The notes beneath the pieces are model-generated. The model made no database searches, was not told the DNA's origin, and saw only the letters and a list, made by a program, of their open reading frames with translations. The position numbers and the translations under genes were made by a program. From Firmicutes bacterium UBA994 (GTDB lineage: Bacteria > Bacillota > UBA994), in the NCBI GenBank assembly GCA_002292025.1, contig DBBC01000108.1, forward strand, positions 1-34,617: DNA of 34,617 bases. Reading direction: 5' to 3'. Below, one piece after another: positions 8,986 through 17,843 of the stretch. The number at the start of each line of letters is the position of its first letter. Position 1 is the stretch's first letter.

Positions 8986-9885
8986 ATGAAACGCTTGCTT
9001 CTTGTCTCACTCATACTTGTACTCACCCTTGCCTTATCCGGCTGCGCGGCGCTTAATATACTGCAGCCCAACATAGTCGTAACCGACGACTTAGGGAGAG
9101 AAGTCCGCCTAGAACGTGTGGCTAGGCGCATCGTATCGCTCGCGCCCAGCAATACCGAAATGCTCTTTGCCCTAGGCATCGAAGAAAAAGTCGTCGGGGT
9201 CACGGACATCTGCGACTATCCTGCCGGCGCTACTGCCAAAGAGAAAGTAGGCTCTTTCGCCACACCTTCGGTAGAAAAAATAGTAGGCCTCAGGCCTGAC
9301 TTGGTCGTGGCTGCCAGCTTGCATCGGACTGCGGGTGAACAGCTTGCGGCACTCGGCATTCCCGTCATTGTCCTTAACGCGGAGAGTATTCAAGGGGTGT
9401 TAGCCAACGCCGAACTGTTAGGACGCGTCGCCGGTGCGGAGCGAGGCGCACAGCGCGTTAAGCGGCAAATCAACGACGATATCCGAATTGTTGATGAGCG
9501 CTTAAAGACGGTAACCAATGAGCAGCGTCCCTTAGTTTACTATGAGGTGTGGTCTAGCCCTATTATGACCGCGGGACCAAACACCTTTTTACATGAACTG
9601 ATCACCCGCGCGGGCGGTATTAATCTGGGCGCAACTGCCGCCACTGACTGGCCTACGCTTTCCTTGGAGGAGCTGCTGACGCGGCAGCCGCAGGTTATGG
9701 TCTACGGGCACGCCGCAGAGACGGTGGAACAGGTTAAGCAGCGCCCTGATTGGGGCTCCATTCCTGCTCTGCGTGACGGACGGGTCTATCTTGTGGACGA
9801 GAACCTTATCCTGCGGCCCGGGCCCCGTATTGGACAAGGCATTAGGCTTCTCTCCTCGCGGTTGCATCCCGACCTATGGCGCTAG
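8986..9885 (+). CDS. ABC transporter substrate-binding lipoprotein, BtuF/FhuD type (corrinoid inferred from riboswitch)
   Basis: Lipobox LALSGC. Class-8 periplasmic binding protein features (IVSLAPSNTEMLFALG, PDLVV). TAGGAGG SD. Confidence 0.8.
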   Translation: MKRLLLVSLILVLTLALSGCAALNILQPNIVVTDDLGREVRLERVARRIVSLAPSNTEMLFALGIEEKVVGVTDICDYPAGATAKEKVGSFATPSVEKIVGLRPDLVVAASLHRTAGEQLAALGIPVIVLNAESIQGVLANAELLGRVAGAERGAQRVKRQINDDIRIVDERLKTVTNEQRPLVYYEVWSSPIMTAGPNTFLHELITRAGGINLGATAATDWPTLSLEELLTRQPQVMVYGHAAETVEQVKQRPDWGSIPALRDGRVYLVDENLILRPGPRIGQGIRLLSSRLHPDLWR

Positions 9886-10916
9886 CTAAGGGAACTGCCC
9901 CCATGCGCCAGTGGCCGGTAAACGCATGCTTGGGTCTGCTGCTGGTGCTGGCGGTGTTTCTCAGCTTGCTGGTGGGAGCGGTAGACATTGCTCCCTCCAG
10001 CCTGCTTCACACCTTGCAGGAGTTAGTGACGGCCCCAGCGAACGCTTGGTCAGTGGACGCAGTCATCGTTTGGCGGCTAAGATTGCCCAGAGCGTTGCTG
10101 GCAGCAGCGGTCGGTGCAGCCTTGGCCATGGCCGGAGCTGTGATGCAAGGCCTCTTGCACAATAGCTTAGCTGACTCTTTTGTGCTGGGCGTGTCATCGG
10201 GTGCCAGTCTTGGCGCGGCGTTGGCCATGCTGCTTGGGCTGCGCTTCACGTTTCTCGGTCTCGGTGCAGTAACGCCGCTGGCTTTTGTAGGAGCGATACT
10301 GGCCCTAGTAGCGGTACTAATGATTGCGCGGCGGGTGGCGGGCAAATCAACCGCGGGGCTACTGCTGGCCGGTATTGCTATGAACAGTGCTCTGTCCGCC
10401 ATTGTGTCTTTCTTAGTGCTGCTTAGCCGTGAGCGCATCAACCCCCTCTTGTTCTGGCTGATGGGCGGTTTCTCGGGTCGAGGATGGAATCACTTTTTGT
10501 TGATGCTGCCATATGTACTACTTGGCTTTGCCATTGCCTACAGCTATTACCGTTACCTCACAGCGATTAGCCTTGGTGACGCCGCCGCGCATCACTTGGG
10601 GGTAGATGTGGGTAAGGTGCGTCTGTTGCTTTTAGCGGTAGCCGCGCTCCTGACCGCAGCCGCGGTATCTGTCAGCGGCATGATTGGTTTCGTTGGCTTG
10701 ATGACGCCGCATTTCGCCCGCATGCTGGTGGGGCAACACTATCGGCGCCTATTGCCTACGTCTGCTGTGTGCGGTGCCGTTTTTCTTACCTTCGCCGACT
10801 TAGTGGCCCGCGTAGTGATGCGCCCGCAGGAGCTCCCAGTTGGGATTATTACTGCTCTGTGCGGCGGCCCCTTCTTCTTGTGGCTTCTGGCCCGCCAGCG
10901 TCAGGAGATGGTATGA
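9876..10916 (+). CDS. FecCD-family ABC permease (BtuC-like)
   Basis: 346 aa, ~9-10 TM. FecCD motifs (RLPRALLAAAVGAALAMAGAVMQ, GPFFLWLL). Overlaps the neighbouring genes at both ends. Confidence 0.85.
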   Translation: MALAKGTAPMRQWPVNACLGLLLVLAVFLSLLVGAVDIAPSSLLHTLQELVTAPANAWSVDAVIVWRLRLPRALLAAAVGAALAMAGAVMQGLLHNSLADSFVLGVSSGASLGAALAMLLGLRFTFLGLGAVTPLAFVGAILALVAVLMIARRVAGKSTAGLLLAGIAMNSALSAIVSFLVLLSRERINPLLFWLMGGFSGRGWNHFLLMLPYVLLGFAIAYSYYRYLTAISLGDAAAHHLGVDVGKVRLLLLAVAALLTAAAVSVSGMIGFVGLMTPHFARMLVGQHYRRLLPTSAVCGAVFLTFADLVARVVMRPQELPVGIITALCGGPFFLWLLARQRQEMV

Positions 10917-11704
10917 TGTTCGCCCTGAGTATAGAAAACGTGTCTTTTCGTTTTGTTCGGCCTGTACTTAGCGGGGTCTTTGCAGATTTTGCGCCGGGCA
11001 CTTTTTCCGGTATCCTAGGCGCGAACGGCGTTGGCAAATCGACACTTATTAAAATTATCGGTCGTTGGCTGCCTATGCAGGAGGGTTCTATCCGCGTCTA
11101 TAATCGCCCTCTCGGCACATTCTCACAGCGCGACTTAGCCCGCCATATCGCTGTCGTTCCGCAGGAGCAGACCTATGTCACGGATCTAACTGTGCGCGAA
11201 ATGGTAGAGCTTGGTCGTATCCCTCATCAAGGTCTGCTTGCCCACCTGACTACGGCTGATCAAAGCGCGATAAACCATGCGCTCGTGCAGACAGGGCTGC
11301 AGGAAATAGCAGAGCGGAGCTTCTCCACGCTTAGCGGCGGGGAACGGCAACGCGTGCGCGTGGCTACGGCACTAGCCCAAGCAGCCGACATTTTAATCCT
11401 CGACGAGCCTACGACTCACCTGGACATCAGATACCAAGTAGAATTACTGACGCTGCTTGCTCAGCTGGTAACTAAAGGATACACGGTGATAACTGTGCTC
11501 CATGACATTAACCTAGCGGCACTCTTTTGCGATCACCTAGTGCTGCTCGCTGACGGGCGCGTACTGCGTTCCGGTCCACCCGCTGAGGTCATAACGCGGG
11601 AAGCTATCTTGAAAGCCTACCAGTGTGACGTTACCGTGCTTTCGCACCCGACGCAGGGTGTCCCCCAGATTTCGCTGACGCGCCAGCAGTTGCCCCATAT
11701 GTAA
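10913..11704 (+). CDS. ABC transporter ATP-binding protein (BtuD/FepC-like)
   Basis: Walker A GANGVGKST, signature LSGGERQR, Walker B ILILDEP. The ATG at 10913 overlaps the permease stop (ATGA). The track ORF from 10769 is an overlapping upstream extension. Confidence 0.88.
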   Translation: MMFALSIENVSFRFVRPVLSGVFADFAPGTFSGILGANGVGKSTLIKIIGRWLPMQEGSIRVYNRPLGTFSQRDLARHIAVVPQEQTYVTDLTVREMVELGRIPHQGLLAHLTTADQSAINHALVQTGLQEIAERSFSTLSGGERQRVRVATALAQAADILILDEPTTHLDIRYQVELLTLLAQLVTKGYTVITVLHDINLAALFCDHLVLLADGRVLRSGPPAEVITREAILKAYQCDVTVLSHPTQGVPQISLTRQQLPHM

Positions 11705-11716
11705 GTAAGCCTAGGA

Positions 11717-12940
11717 GTGATGTGCGTGATTGATGTCCTAGTTGTAGGTGGTGGGGCGGCCGGATTATCTGCCGCCATTGCTGCCGCCCGCGCCGGCGCA
11801 ATGGTACTTGTCTTAGAAAAACGGGATCGCCTCGGCAAAAAGATTCTCGCTAGCGGCAACGGACGCTGCAATCTCAGCAATCTCTGTCTCTCTCCGTCGC
11901 ACTTCATCAGCCACGACCCTGCGCTTCTCGCGCCCATACTAGAGAGGTTCTCTGTCCGTCACACATACGCTTACTGGAGAGAACTAGGGCTCGAGCTCAT
12001 TGCCGAGGACGGTCGACTCTATCCCCGCACAATGCAGGCCAAAAGCGTCTTAGAAGTGCTCTCACACGAGCTGACCCGACTTAAAGTCCAAGTCAGCTTA
12101 AACAGTCCCGTTACAGCCATAGACGCGCTAAGTTCGGGGCAAGGCCTAGAAGTAAGGACCCACGGGGGGCTCTCGTTCCGGGCGCGCGCAGTGGTCCTAG
12201 CCACCGGGGGCAAAGCGGCCCCGCAATTAGGGTGCAGCGGAGATGGGCACATGTTGGCAGCCATGATCGGACATTCGGTTATCCCTCCAGCCCCGGCACT
12301 TGTAGGGCTAAGGCTGGCCAGCCCCTATCTTAAGCTGCTTTCAGGGTTACGCCTGCAGGCGCGCGTATCTATCCCGCCACTGGCAAAGGAAGAAGCAGGA
12401 GAAATCATCTTTACTGACTACGGCATCTCTGGCATACCTGTGTTTGACCTAACCGCGTATATCGGGAACAGAGAGTCATTAACGCTTCACCTTTGTATTG
12501 CGGAACAGGTGAGTCATGCAGAGCTCTATACGTTCCTGCAAGACCGCTTTGAGCGTCTCTCACATAAAACCATGCATGATGCGCTGCAAGGCTATATCCC
12601 CACAAAGTTGATTGTGCCTCTCTTGCGCGAGGCCGAGATACCTCCCGCCCTGCCCGTGCACAAGGCAATGGGCGGCCCTCTGACAAGACTTGCCTCTCTG
12701 TTATGGGACTGGACATTTCCTATTATGGGGCTAAACACTTGGGAACAAGCGCAGACCACTTGGGGCGGCGTGCCGTTATGCGAGGTGAGTGTTCCCTCCC
12801 TGCGCTCAAAAATACACCCCGGCCTAACTTTGGCCGGGGAGGTGCTGGATGTGCATGGTAAATGCGGCGGCTATAATCTTCACTGGGCCTTCGCCAGCGG
12901 TAAGTTGGCCGGAGAAAGCGCGGCCATTGGGGGACCCTAG
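11717..12940 (+). CDS. HI0933/BaiN-family NAD(P)/FAD-dependent oxidoreductase
   Basis: DVLVVGGGAAGLSAAIAAARAG dinucleotide fold followed by KILASGNGRCNLSN, typical of the HI0933 family. The likely true start is GTG 11726 (AGGAG 8 nt upstream). Confidence 0.75.
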   Translation: MMCVIDVLVVGGGAAGLSAAIAAARAGAMVLVLEKRDRLGKKILASGNGRCNLSNLCLSPSHFISHDPALLAPILERFSVRHTYAYWRELGLELIAEDGRLYPRTMQAKSVLEVLSHELTRLKVQVSLNSPVTAIDALSSGQGLEVRTHGGLSFRARAVVLATGGKAAPQLGCSGDGHMLAAMIGHSVIPPAPALVGLRLASPYLKLLSGLRLQARVSIPPLAKEEAGEIIFTDYGISGIPVFDLTAYIGNRESLTLHLCIAEQVSHAELYTFLQDRFERLSHKTMHDALQGYIPTKLIVPLLREAEIPPALPVHKAMGGPLTRLASLLWDWTFPIMGLNTWEQAQTTWGGVPLCEVSVPSLRSKIHPGLTLAGEVLDVHGKCGGYNLHWAFASGKLAGESAAIGGP

Positions 12941-13830
12941 TTTAGCACTAACCGTCCGCCGCTTGGCGCAAGCACTTTGATTCCCTGCGGCACAATGTAA
13001 GCGTCTACAGGTGTACTGCCATACACGGTGCCGTCGAACATCTTAGTCATGCTGCGCGCGGCAGAAATTTTGACAGTCTTGCAGGTAAAAAACTCTACGG
13101 CGGGGTGTCCTACATGAGCGCCTTTGTACACCTTAGGCAGAAGAGCAAGCAGGTCAAGCCGGCTAATCCCGTTGACGAGACACACATGCAGCAGTCCGTC
13201 ATTGAGCTTCGCTTGCGGGGTTACATACATCCCCCCTCCCGTCCAACAAGAGTTCATAATAAACACGGCCGTAGTTTTACGGTGTATTTTTTGGCCGTCA
13301 AACTCAATCTCCATCTCATCGGCTGTGAGCGTATGCATTACCTTTACTACCGCCGCGGCAATAGCTAGCGGACCGCGCAAAAAATCTTTGTATTTATTGA
13401 CATGCGTCATAACCTCCGTCGTAAAGCCCAGCCCCAAAATCACGCCAAAGGCGGCGTCAGTGTCAACGCCAAAATCGACGGTACGCGTGGGAGCGTCAGA
13501 CAACGCGCGAACAGTCGCGCCAATCTGGAGCGGGATGTTCAAACCGCGCGCTAGGTCGTTGCCCGTGCCGGTAGGAATAACCGCCAGCGTCGCCTGCGAC
13601 CCGATTAAGCCGTTGAGCACCTCATGGGCGGTACCATCGCCCCCCATGGCACCGACTACTTCAGCCCCGTTTTGCACTAATCCCTTCGCCAGCTCTGTTG
13701 CGTGGCGCGGCGCCTTAGTCATGTGGAGCTGATAAGAAATACTTCTGTCCTGCAACGCTCTTTCCATCAGCGGCAGCGCCTTTTGCGTTCGACCACGACC
13801 GGCGATTGGATTGACAATGATATGCCACAT
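12937..13830 (-). CDS. diacylglycerol/lipid kinase family protein (YegS/DagK/BmrU type)
   Basis: 297 aa. NP.AG N-terminus, GGDGTAHEVLNGL and PTGTGNDLAR motifs. AAGGGAG SD. Confidence 0.8.
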   Translation of the reverse strand: MWHIIVNPIAGRGRTQKALPLMERALQDRSISYQLHMTKAPRHATELAKGLVQNGAEVVGAMGGDGTAHEVLNGLIGSQATLAVIPTGTGNDLARGLNIPLQIGATVRALSDAPTRTVDFGVDTDAAFGVILGLGFTTEVMTHVNKYKDFLRGPLAIAAAVVKVMHTLTADEMEIEFDGQKIHRKTTAVFIMNSCWTGGGMYVTPQAKLNDGLLHVCLVNGISRLDLLALLPKVYKGAHVGHPAVEFFTCKTVKISAARSMTKMFDGTVYGSTPVDAYIVPQGIKVLAPSGGRLVLN

Positions 13831-13853
13831 AGTTTTCGCTCCCTTACTACATG

Positions 13854-14204
13854 CTACTCTGGCACGACGCGGATGACTACGCGGTTAGGCAGGCAGACGA
13901 TAACTTCGCCGGGACGCACCTTTTTCCCCATGCCGATACATACTTTGTCCGGGCAGTAAGCCTCTACCACGCGAATCGCCCCATCCTTCACCTCAACCAA
14001 GAGGTCTCCCCGCGTTCCGCGTACTGTAAAGCGTCGCACTTCCTCGCCGGGGCGCAGTGGGACACTTTTCACGTATAGATTATTCACCTCGATAATCGCC
14101 ACCCCACCCGGAACCACAACCAAGCGGCGGTAAGCGATCATCGCACCTGCTAGCAGTGCCACAGCAACCGCAAACAGAATAATCTTCTTGTCTAGAGCGG
14201 TCAT
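13854..14204 (-). CDS. NusG domain II (PF07009-like) membrane-anchored protein
   Basis: One N-terminal TM (IILFAVAVALLAGAMIAY), then a beta-rich domain ending CPDKVCIGMG...PGEVIVCLPNRVVI, typical of NusG_II proteins. Start placed at ATG 14204 (AGGAGA SD). The track start at 14324 overlaps the upstream gene. Confidence 0.65.
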   Translation of the reverse strand: MTALDKKIILFAVAVALLAGAMIAYRRLVVVPGGVAIIEVNNLYVKSVPLRPGEEVRRFTVRGTRGDLLVEVKDGAIRVVEAYCPDKVCIGMGKKVRPGEVIVCLPNRVVIRVVPE

Positions 14205-14221
14205 GGAGGCTCTCTTATCTC

Positions 14222-16327
14222 CTATTGCCATATTCTGCTTCCCACGGTGTAGAGAACGAGCAGTACCATAAGCATCACGGCTGCCACCACCAGCGACCCC
14301 AGCGTAACGTTTTGCGGATTCCACATCTCCGGTCGTTGTCCCGCTGCACCGTTGTCGCCCGCCGCTTCATTACGTATTCTGCGCGTTATATCTTCTGCCG
14401 CTTGACCGACGCTGTCGTATGCCTGCCCAAGCCCCTGTTCCAGCCCGCGGGCCTGTTCAACTACTAAGCTCGTTGTGCGCTGAGCTGTCTCGTAACCCTC
14501 ACCCAGCATATCGTCGAACTTCTTAACTCTCCTAAACACGCTATGGGATACACTGCCGCCACGGTCATATAGGTCGCATAGACCGCCCTCCACACGCGTG
14601 ACGTAGTTGCAGCAAAATCTGAGAAATCCTTGGGTCACAGGACGATACAGGAGCGCCTCGACAGAAAGCCAGCAGGGTACCGGTCCTGTGCCAAACCTAT
14701 AACGGCGCGCCGCCAAGAACACCACCACCCCTAAGGCAACAGGGATAACTCCCGCGATGTAGGAACTCGCTGTCCATAATTTGACTGCGCCCAGCTGCTC
14801 TGCCATCATGCCAAAATCTACTGCCGTGGCTGTGGCGCTCCTAGCCATCATGTTAATCACACGCTCGGGGAACAGTCCGATGGCTACGATACCTCCGGCA
14901 AACGCGGCAAGCACTGCCGGTATGATAGACCCCTCTTTTGCCGCGGAAAAACCTCGTCCGCGATAGCTGCCCAAAAATACCCCGTAATAGAGCTTAATCA
15001 GGTAGGTGACAGTGAGAACGGAACCCAGCATAAACAACGGCCCCACCCAAGCTAGTACCGGTTCGCCGTGATAAGCCGCAGCCTTGTCTATGCCGTACTG
15101 AATGAGTTTCTTGCTGCCAAATCCGCTTAAACCTGGTACTCCTATTACGGACAGAGTGGCAACTAAAGTGGCTAGCGCTGTCAGAGGCAATACCTTGGCC
15201 ATGCCTCCTAACTTACTAAGTTCCAGCGACCCGGTTCTGAGATAGACAGACCCCATCATTATAAACAGCCCCGCCTTGAGCACGGCGTGGTTAAAGGCAT
15301 GAAACACGGCGGCAGTATACGGTAGTCCGCCCTTAGCGCCCAAATATGCGGCGCAACCTACCGCCAGCATCACATAGCCCATCTGGCTGATACTCGAATA
15401 AGCCAAGAGACGCTTTACATTATTTTGCAGCAAAGCCATCACTGCTCCGCCGAGGATGGTCAGTAAGGCCACCCAGATAAGCGCAAAGCCAATATTAATA
15501 GGCAGCGCCGACACCTCTTGGCTAGGCAGCGATGAGGACAGCGTGACAGCAAGCACGCTCAGTATGCCGTAAAAACCCGTCTTCCCCATCACCCCCGCGA
15601 GCAATGCAGTGGCGGGAGCGGGGGCTACCGGATAGGCGTGCGGTATCCAGACGTGCAATGGAATCAAACCAGCCTTCACACCAAACCCAATGAGAAAGAT
15701 GATGGCAATCAAATACGGATTGACCGCTCCCCCCTGCAGTCTGTCCAACACCGGCACAATGTCCGCGGTGCCGGCCGACCACACCAACAGGAGGATGCCA
15801 AACAACAGCACCAGCCCACCGGTCACTCCCATATAGAGATAACTGTCACCTGCCCGCATGGCCTCGTCATCTTCATCGTGAATGACGAGGGGATAGGCCG
15901 CAAAGGTCATAATCTCAAAAAACAGGAAAAGCGTAAAGTAGTCACCGGCCAGAAAAACACCCAAGCAACCGCTGAGGCTAACCAAGAGGAAGCTCGAAAA
16001 ACGCGTCTGAGAATGGCTGCTACGCATATAGCTCATGGCATAAAGGCTGACTAACGCCCCAATCCCGGCCGAAATCAGCGCAAACAGTGCACCCAAATGC
16101 GTAGGGCGAAAACTCAGGCCGAAATCTACAAGGTGAATGAAAATCAGCTCTAGTCTGTGTCCGGGGTTTACGTGATACACCGCCGCCACTGCGCCCAGTG
16201 TCAAAAACGCCGTGCTGACCACCACGACCTCCTGTAAGCGCCGATGCGCACGCAACAAGAAGACCAGCGCCGCACCACAGAGCGGCAAGAGAATTGGCAC
16301 TAGCAACAACAGGTCTAACGAAAGCAC
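14222..16327 (-). CDS. Mrp/complex-I antiporter-like subunit (NuoL/MrpA/MrpD family) with ~220-aa C-terminal extension
   Basis: 701 aa. Conserved channel motifs FFEIMTFAAY, GVKAGLIPLHVWIPHAYPVAPAPATALLAGVMGKTG and HAFNHAVLKAGLF. The C-terminus has extra TMs, a long charged helix and a terminal TM. Confidence 0.85.
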   Translation of the reverse strand: MLSLDLLLLVPILLPLCGAALVFLLRAHRRLQEVVVVSTAFLTLGAVAAVYHVNPGHRLELIFIHLVDFGLSFRPTHLGALFALISAGIGALVSLYAMSYMRSSHSQTRFSSFLLVSLSGCLGVFLAGDYFTLFLFFEIMTFAAYPLVIHDEDDEAMRAGDSYLYMGVTGGLVLLFGILLLVWSAGTADIVPVLDRLQGGAVNPYLIAIIFLIGFGVKAGLIPLHVWIPHAYPVAPAPATALLAGVMGKTGFYGILSVLAVTLSSSLPSQEVSALPINIGFALIWVALLTILGGAVMALLQNNVKRLLAYSSISQMGYVMLAVGCAAYLGAKGGLPYTAAVFHAFNHAVLKAGLFIMMGSVYLRTGSLELSKLGGMAKVLPLTALATLVATLSVIGVPGLSGFGSKKLIQYGIDKAAAYHGEPVLAWVGPLFMLGSVLTVTYLIKLYYGVFLGSYRGRGFSAAKEGSIIPAVLAAFAGGIVAIGLFPERVINMMARSATATAVDFGMMAEQLGAVKLWTASSYIAGVIPVALGVVVFLAARRYRFGTGPVPCWLSVEALLYRPVTQGFLRFCCNYVTRVEGGLCDLYDRGGSVSHSVFRRVKKFDDMLGEGYETAQRTTSLVVEQARGLEQGLGQAYDSVGQAAEDITRRIRNEAAGDNGAAGQRPEMWNPQNVTLGSLVVAAVMLMVLLVLYTVGSRIWQ

Positions 16328-16343
16328 AGGTATGGCCGCCTCC

Positions 16344-17828
16344 CTATCTCGCCGTTGTAAAGAGGGAGTAGGTGGCCCTCTCTGCCAGCTCTAGCGCGAA
16401 GTTGTAAGGCAACAAGTCAATAAGCAAAATCACAGCGGCCAGCGCAACCATAGGGGCCAGCATAGCTAAAGGAAGGTTGTCCCTCCGGGTTTTTGCTTGT
16501 GCGGCGTGCGCTACGCCTTCACCAAAAAAGGCATTTTGTATCAGCGGGAAGTAGTAAATAAAGTTCATCAGCGAGCTGAGAAGTAGCAGCAAGACATATG
16601 CTACGCTGCCGGCATCAAGTGCCCCCAGCGCCAATTCCCATTTGGAAACAAACCCGACCAGCGGAGGGACACCCACCATCGACAGAGCCGCCACAGTGAA
16701 TACAGACATGGTGATGGGCATTTTTCTACCTAACCCTACCCACTCCGATACCCGTCGCTTGCCGGTACTGTAGATAATCGCTCCTGCGGCTAAGAACAAG
16801 CTGGATTTCATAAAGGCATGAGCAAAAATGTGGAAGATGGCTCCGATCAAGGCGCGCTCAGTAAGTAACCCGACGCCCAGCAAAATATACCCCATTTGTC
16901 CCACGCTTGAGTAGGCTAACCTGCGTTTGATGTCGTCTTGCGTGATGGCAACTGCCGACCCTAGGAATATAGTTATGGCGGCAAGCAATTGTAACTGGTC
17001 CCTCCACATGACGATCTGCATCATCTCTAGACCAAATATCTGGTAAGTGACACGTATTAACCCAAATGCCCCCGTTTTCAACATCAGACCGGAGAGCAGC
17101 GCGCTTGCCGGGCTAGGGGCGACAGGATGTGCCTCCGGCAGCCAGATATGCAAAGGAACCATGCCGGCTTTGATGCCAAAGCCAACGAGAAAGCCAAGAA
17201 ACGCTAGAAATGTCAAAGCGGTAATTTCTAGCGGGAGCCCTCCGGGAGTGAACGACACGCGCCCGGCTTGTTGAAACACGGCGATAACCGAGAATAGCAG
17301 CGACAGCCCCCCGATGATTGTAAGAATAAGGTATCTGTAGCCGGCTCGCATGGCGACCGCAGTTTCTTCGTGTATGATCAGGACATATGCTGAAAGCGAC
17401 ATCACCTCAAAGAATAAGAAAAAAGTGATCAAGTCGCCGCTCAGGATCACACCCATAGCCCCCGCTAGGGTAAGAACTGAGAATGGGTAGTATCTATTCT
17501 TAGCATGCTCCTTGACCATATAGGCGGTGCTATAAATTGTCACCAACAGCCATACAAAGGAAACCACTGTCGCTACAAAGAACCCTAGGTAGTCCAAGCG
17601 GAAAGAAACTCCTAGCGGCGGCAAGAGTTGCGGGAAATTAGCCACAATCGTAGTATCGGCCATAATGGTGCGATAGTGCTGCACTACTAGCAAGAATGAA
17701 GCTAGGGCTGCCATCACAGAAAGGCTATTGCGTAAACGCCATGAGCGACGTTCCACAGCGTAGATAACAGCGGCAAGTAAGAGCGGCACCATGACGGGCA
17801 AAATCACTGCGACAGACGTAGTTTGCAT
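16344..17828 (-). CDS. Mrp antiporter-like subunit D (NuoM/N family)
   Basis: 494 aa. FFEVMSLSAY, GIKAGMVPLHIWLPEAHPVAPSPASALLSGLMLKTG, HIFAHAFMKSSLF. Confidence 0.85.
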   Translation of the reverse strand: MQTTSVAVILPVMVPLLLAAVIYAVERRSWRLRNSLSVMAALASFLLVVQHYRTIMADTTIVANFPQLLPPLGVSFRLDYLGFFVATVVSFVWLLVTIYSTAYMVKEHAKNRYYPFSVLTLAGAMGVILSGDLITFFLFFEVMSLSAYVLIIHEETAVAMRAGYRYLILTIIGGLSLLFSVIAVFQQAGRVSFTPGGLPLEITALTFLAFLGFLVGFGIKAGMVPLHIWLPEAHPVAPSPASALLSGLMLKTGAFGLIRVTYQIFGLEMMQIVMWRDQLQLLAAITIFLGSAVAITQDDIKRRLAYSSVGQMGYILLGVGLLTERALIGAIFHIFAHAFMKSSLFLAAGAIIYSTGKRRVSEWVGLGRKMPITMSVFTVAALSMVGVPPLVGFVSKWELALGALDAGSVAYVLLLLLSSLMNFIYYFPLIQNAFFGEGVAHAAQAKTRRDNLPLAMLAPMVALAAVILLIDLLPYNFALELAERATYSLFTTAR

Positions 17829-17843
17829 AATAAGGCCTCCAGT

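Noticed and set aside
10769-10912. Upstream extension of the ABC ATPase ORF
   Set aside because: It lies entirely inside the permease gene in another frame. ATG 10913 overlaps the permease stop (ATGA) and gives a normal ABC N-terminus.
14205-14324. Upstream extension of the NusG_II ORF (MESAKRYAGVAGGG...)
   Set aside because: It overlaps the 3' end of the 701-aa antiporter-like gene. ATG 14204 has an AGGAGA SD and starts right before the TM anchor.
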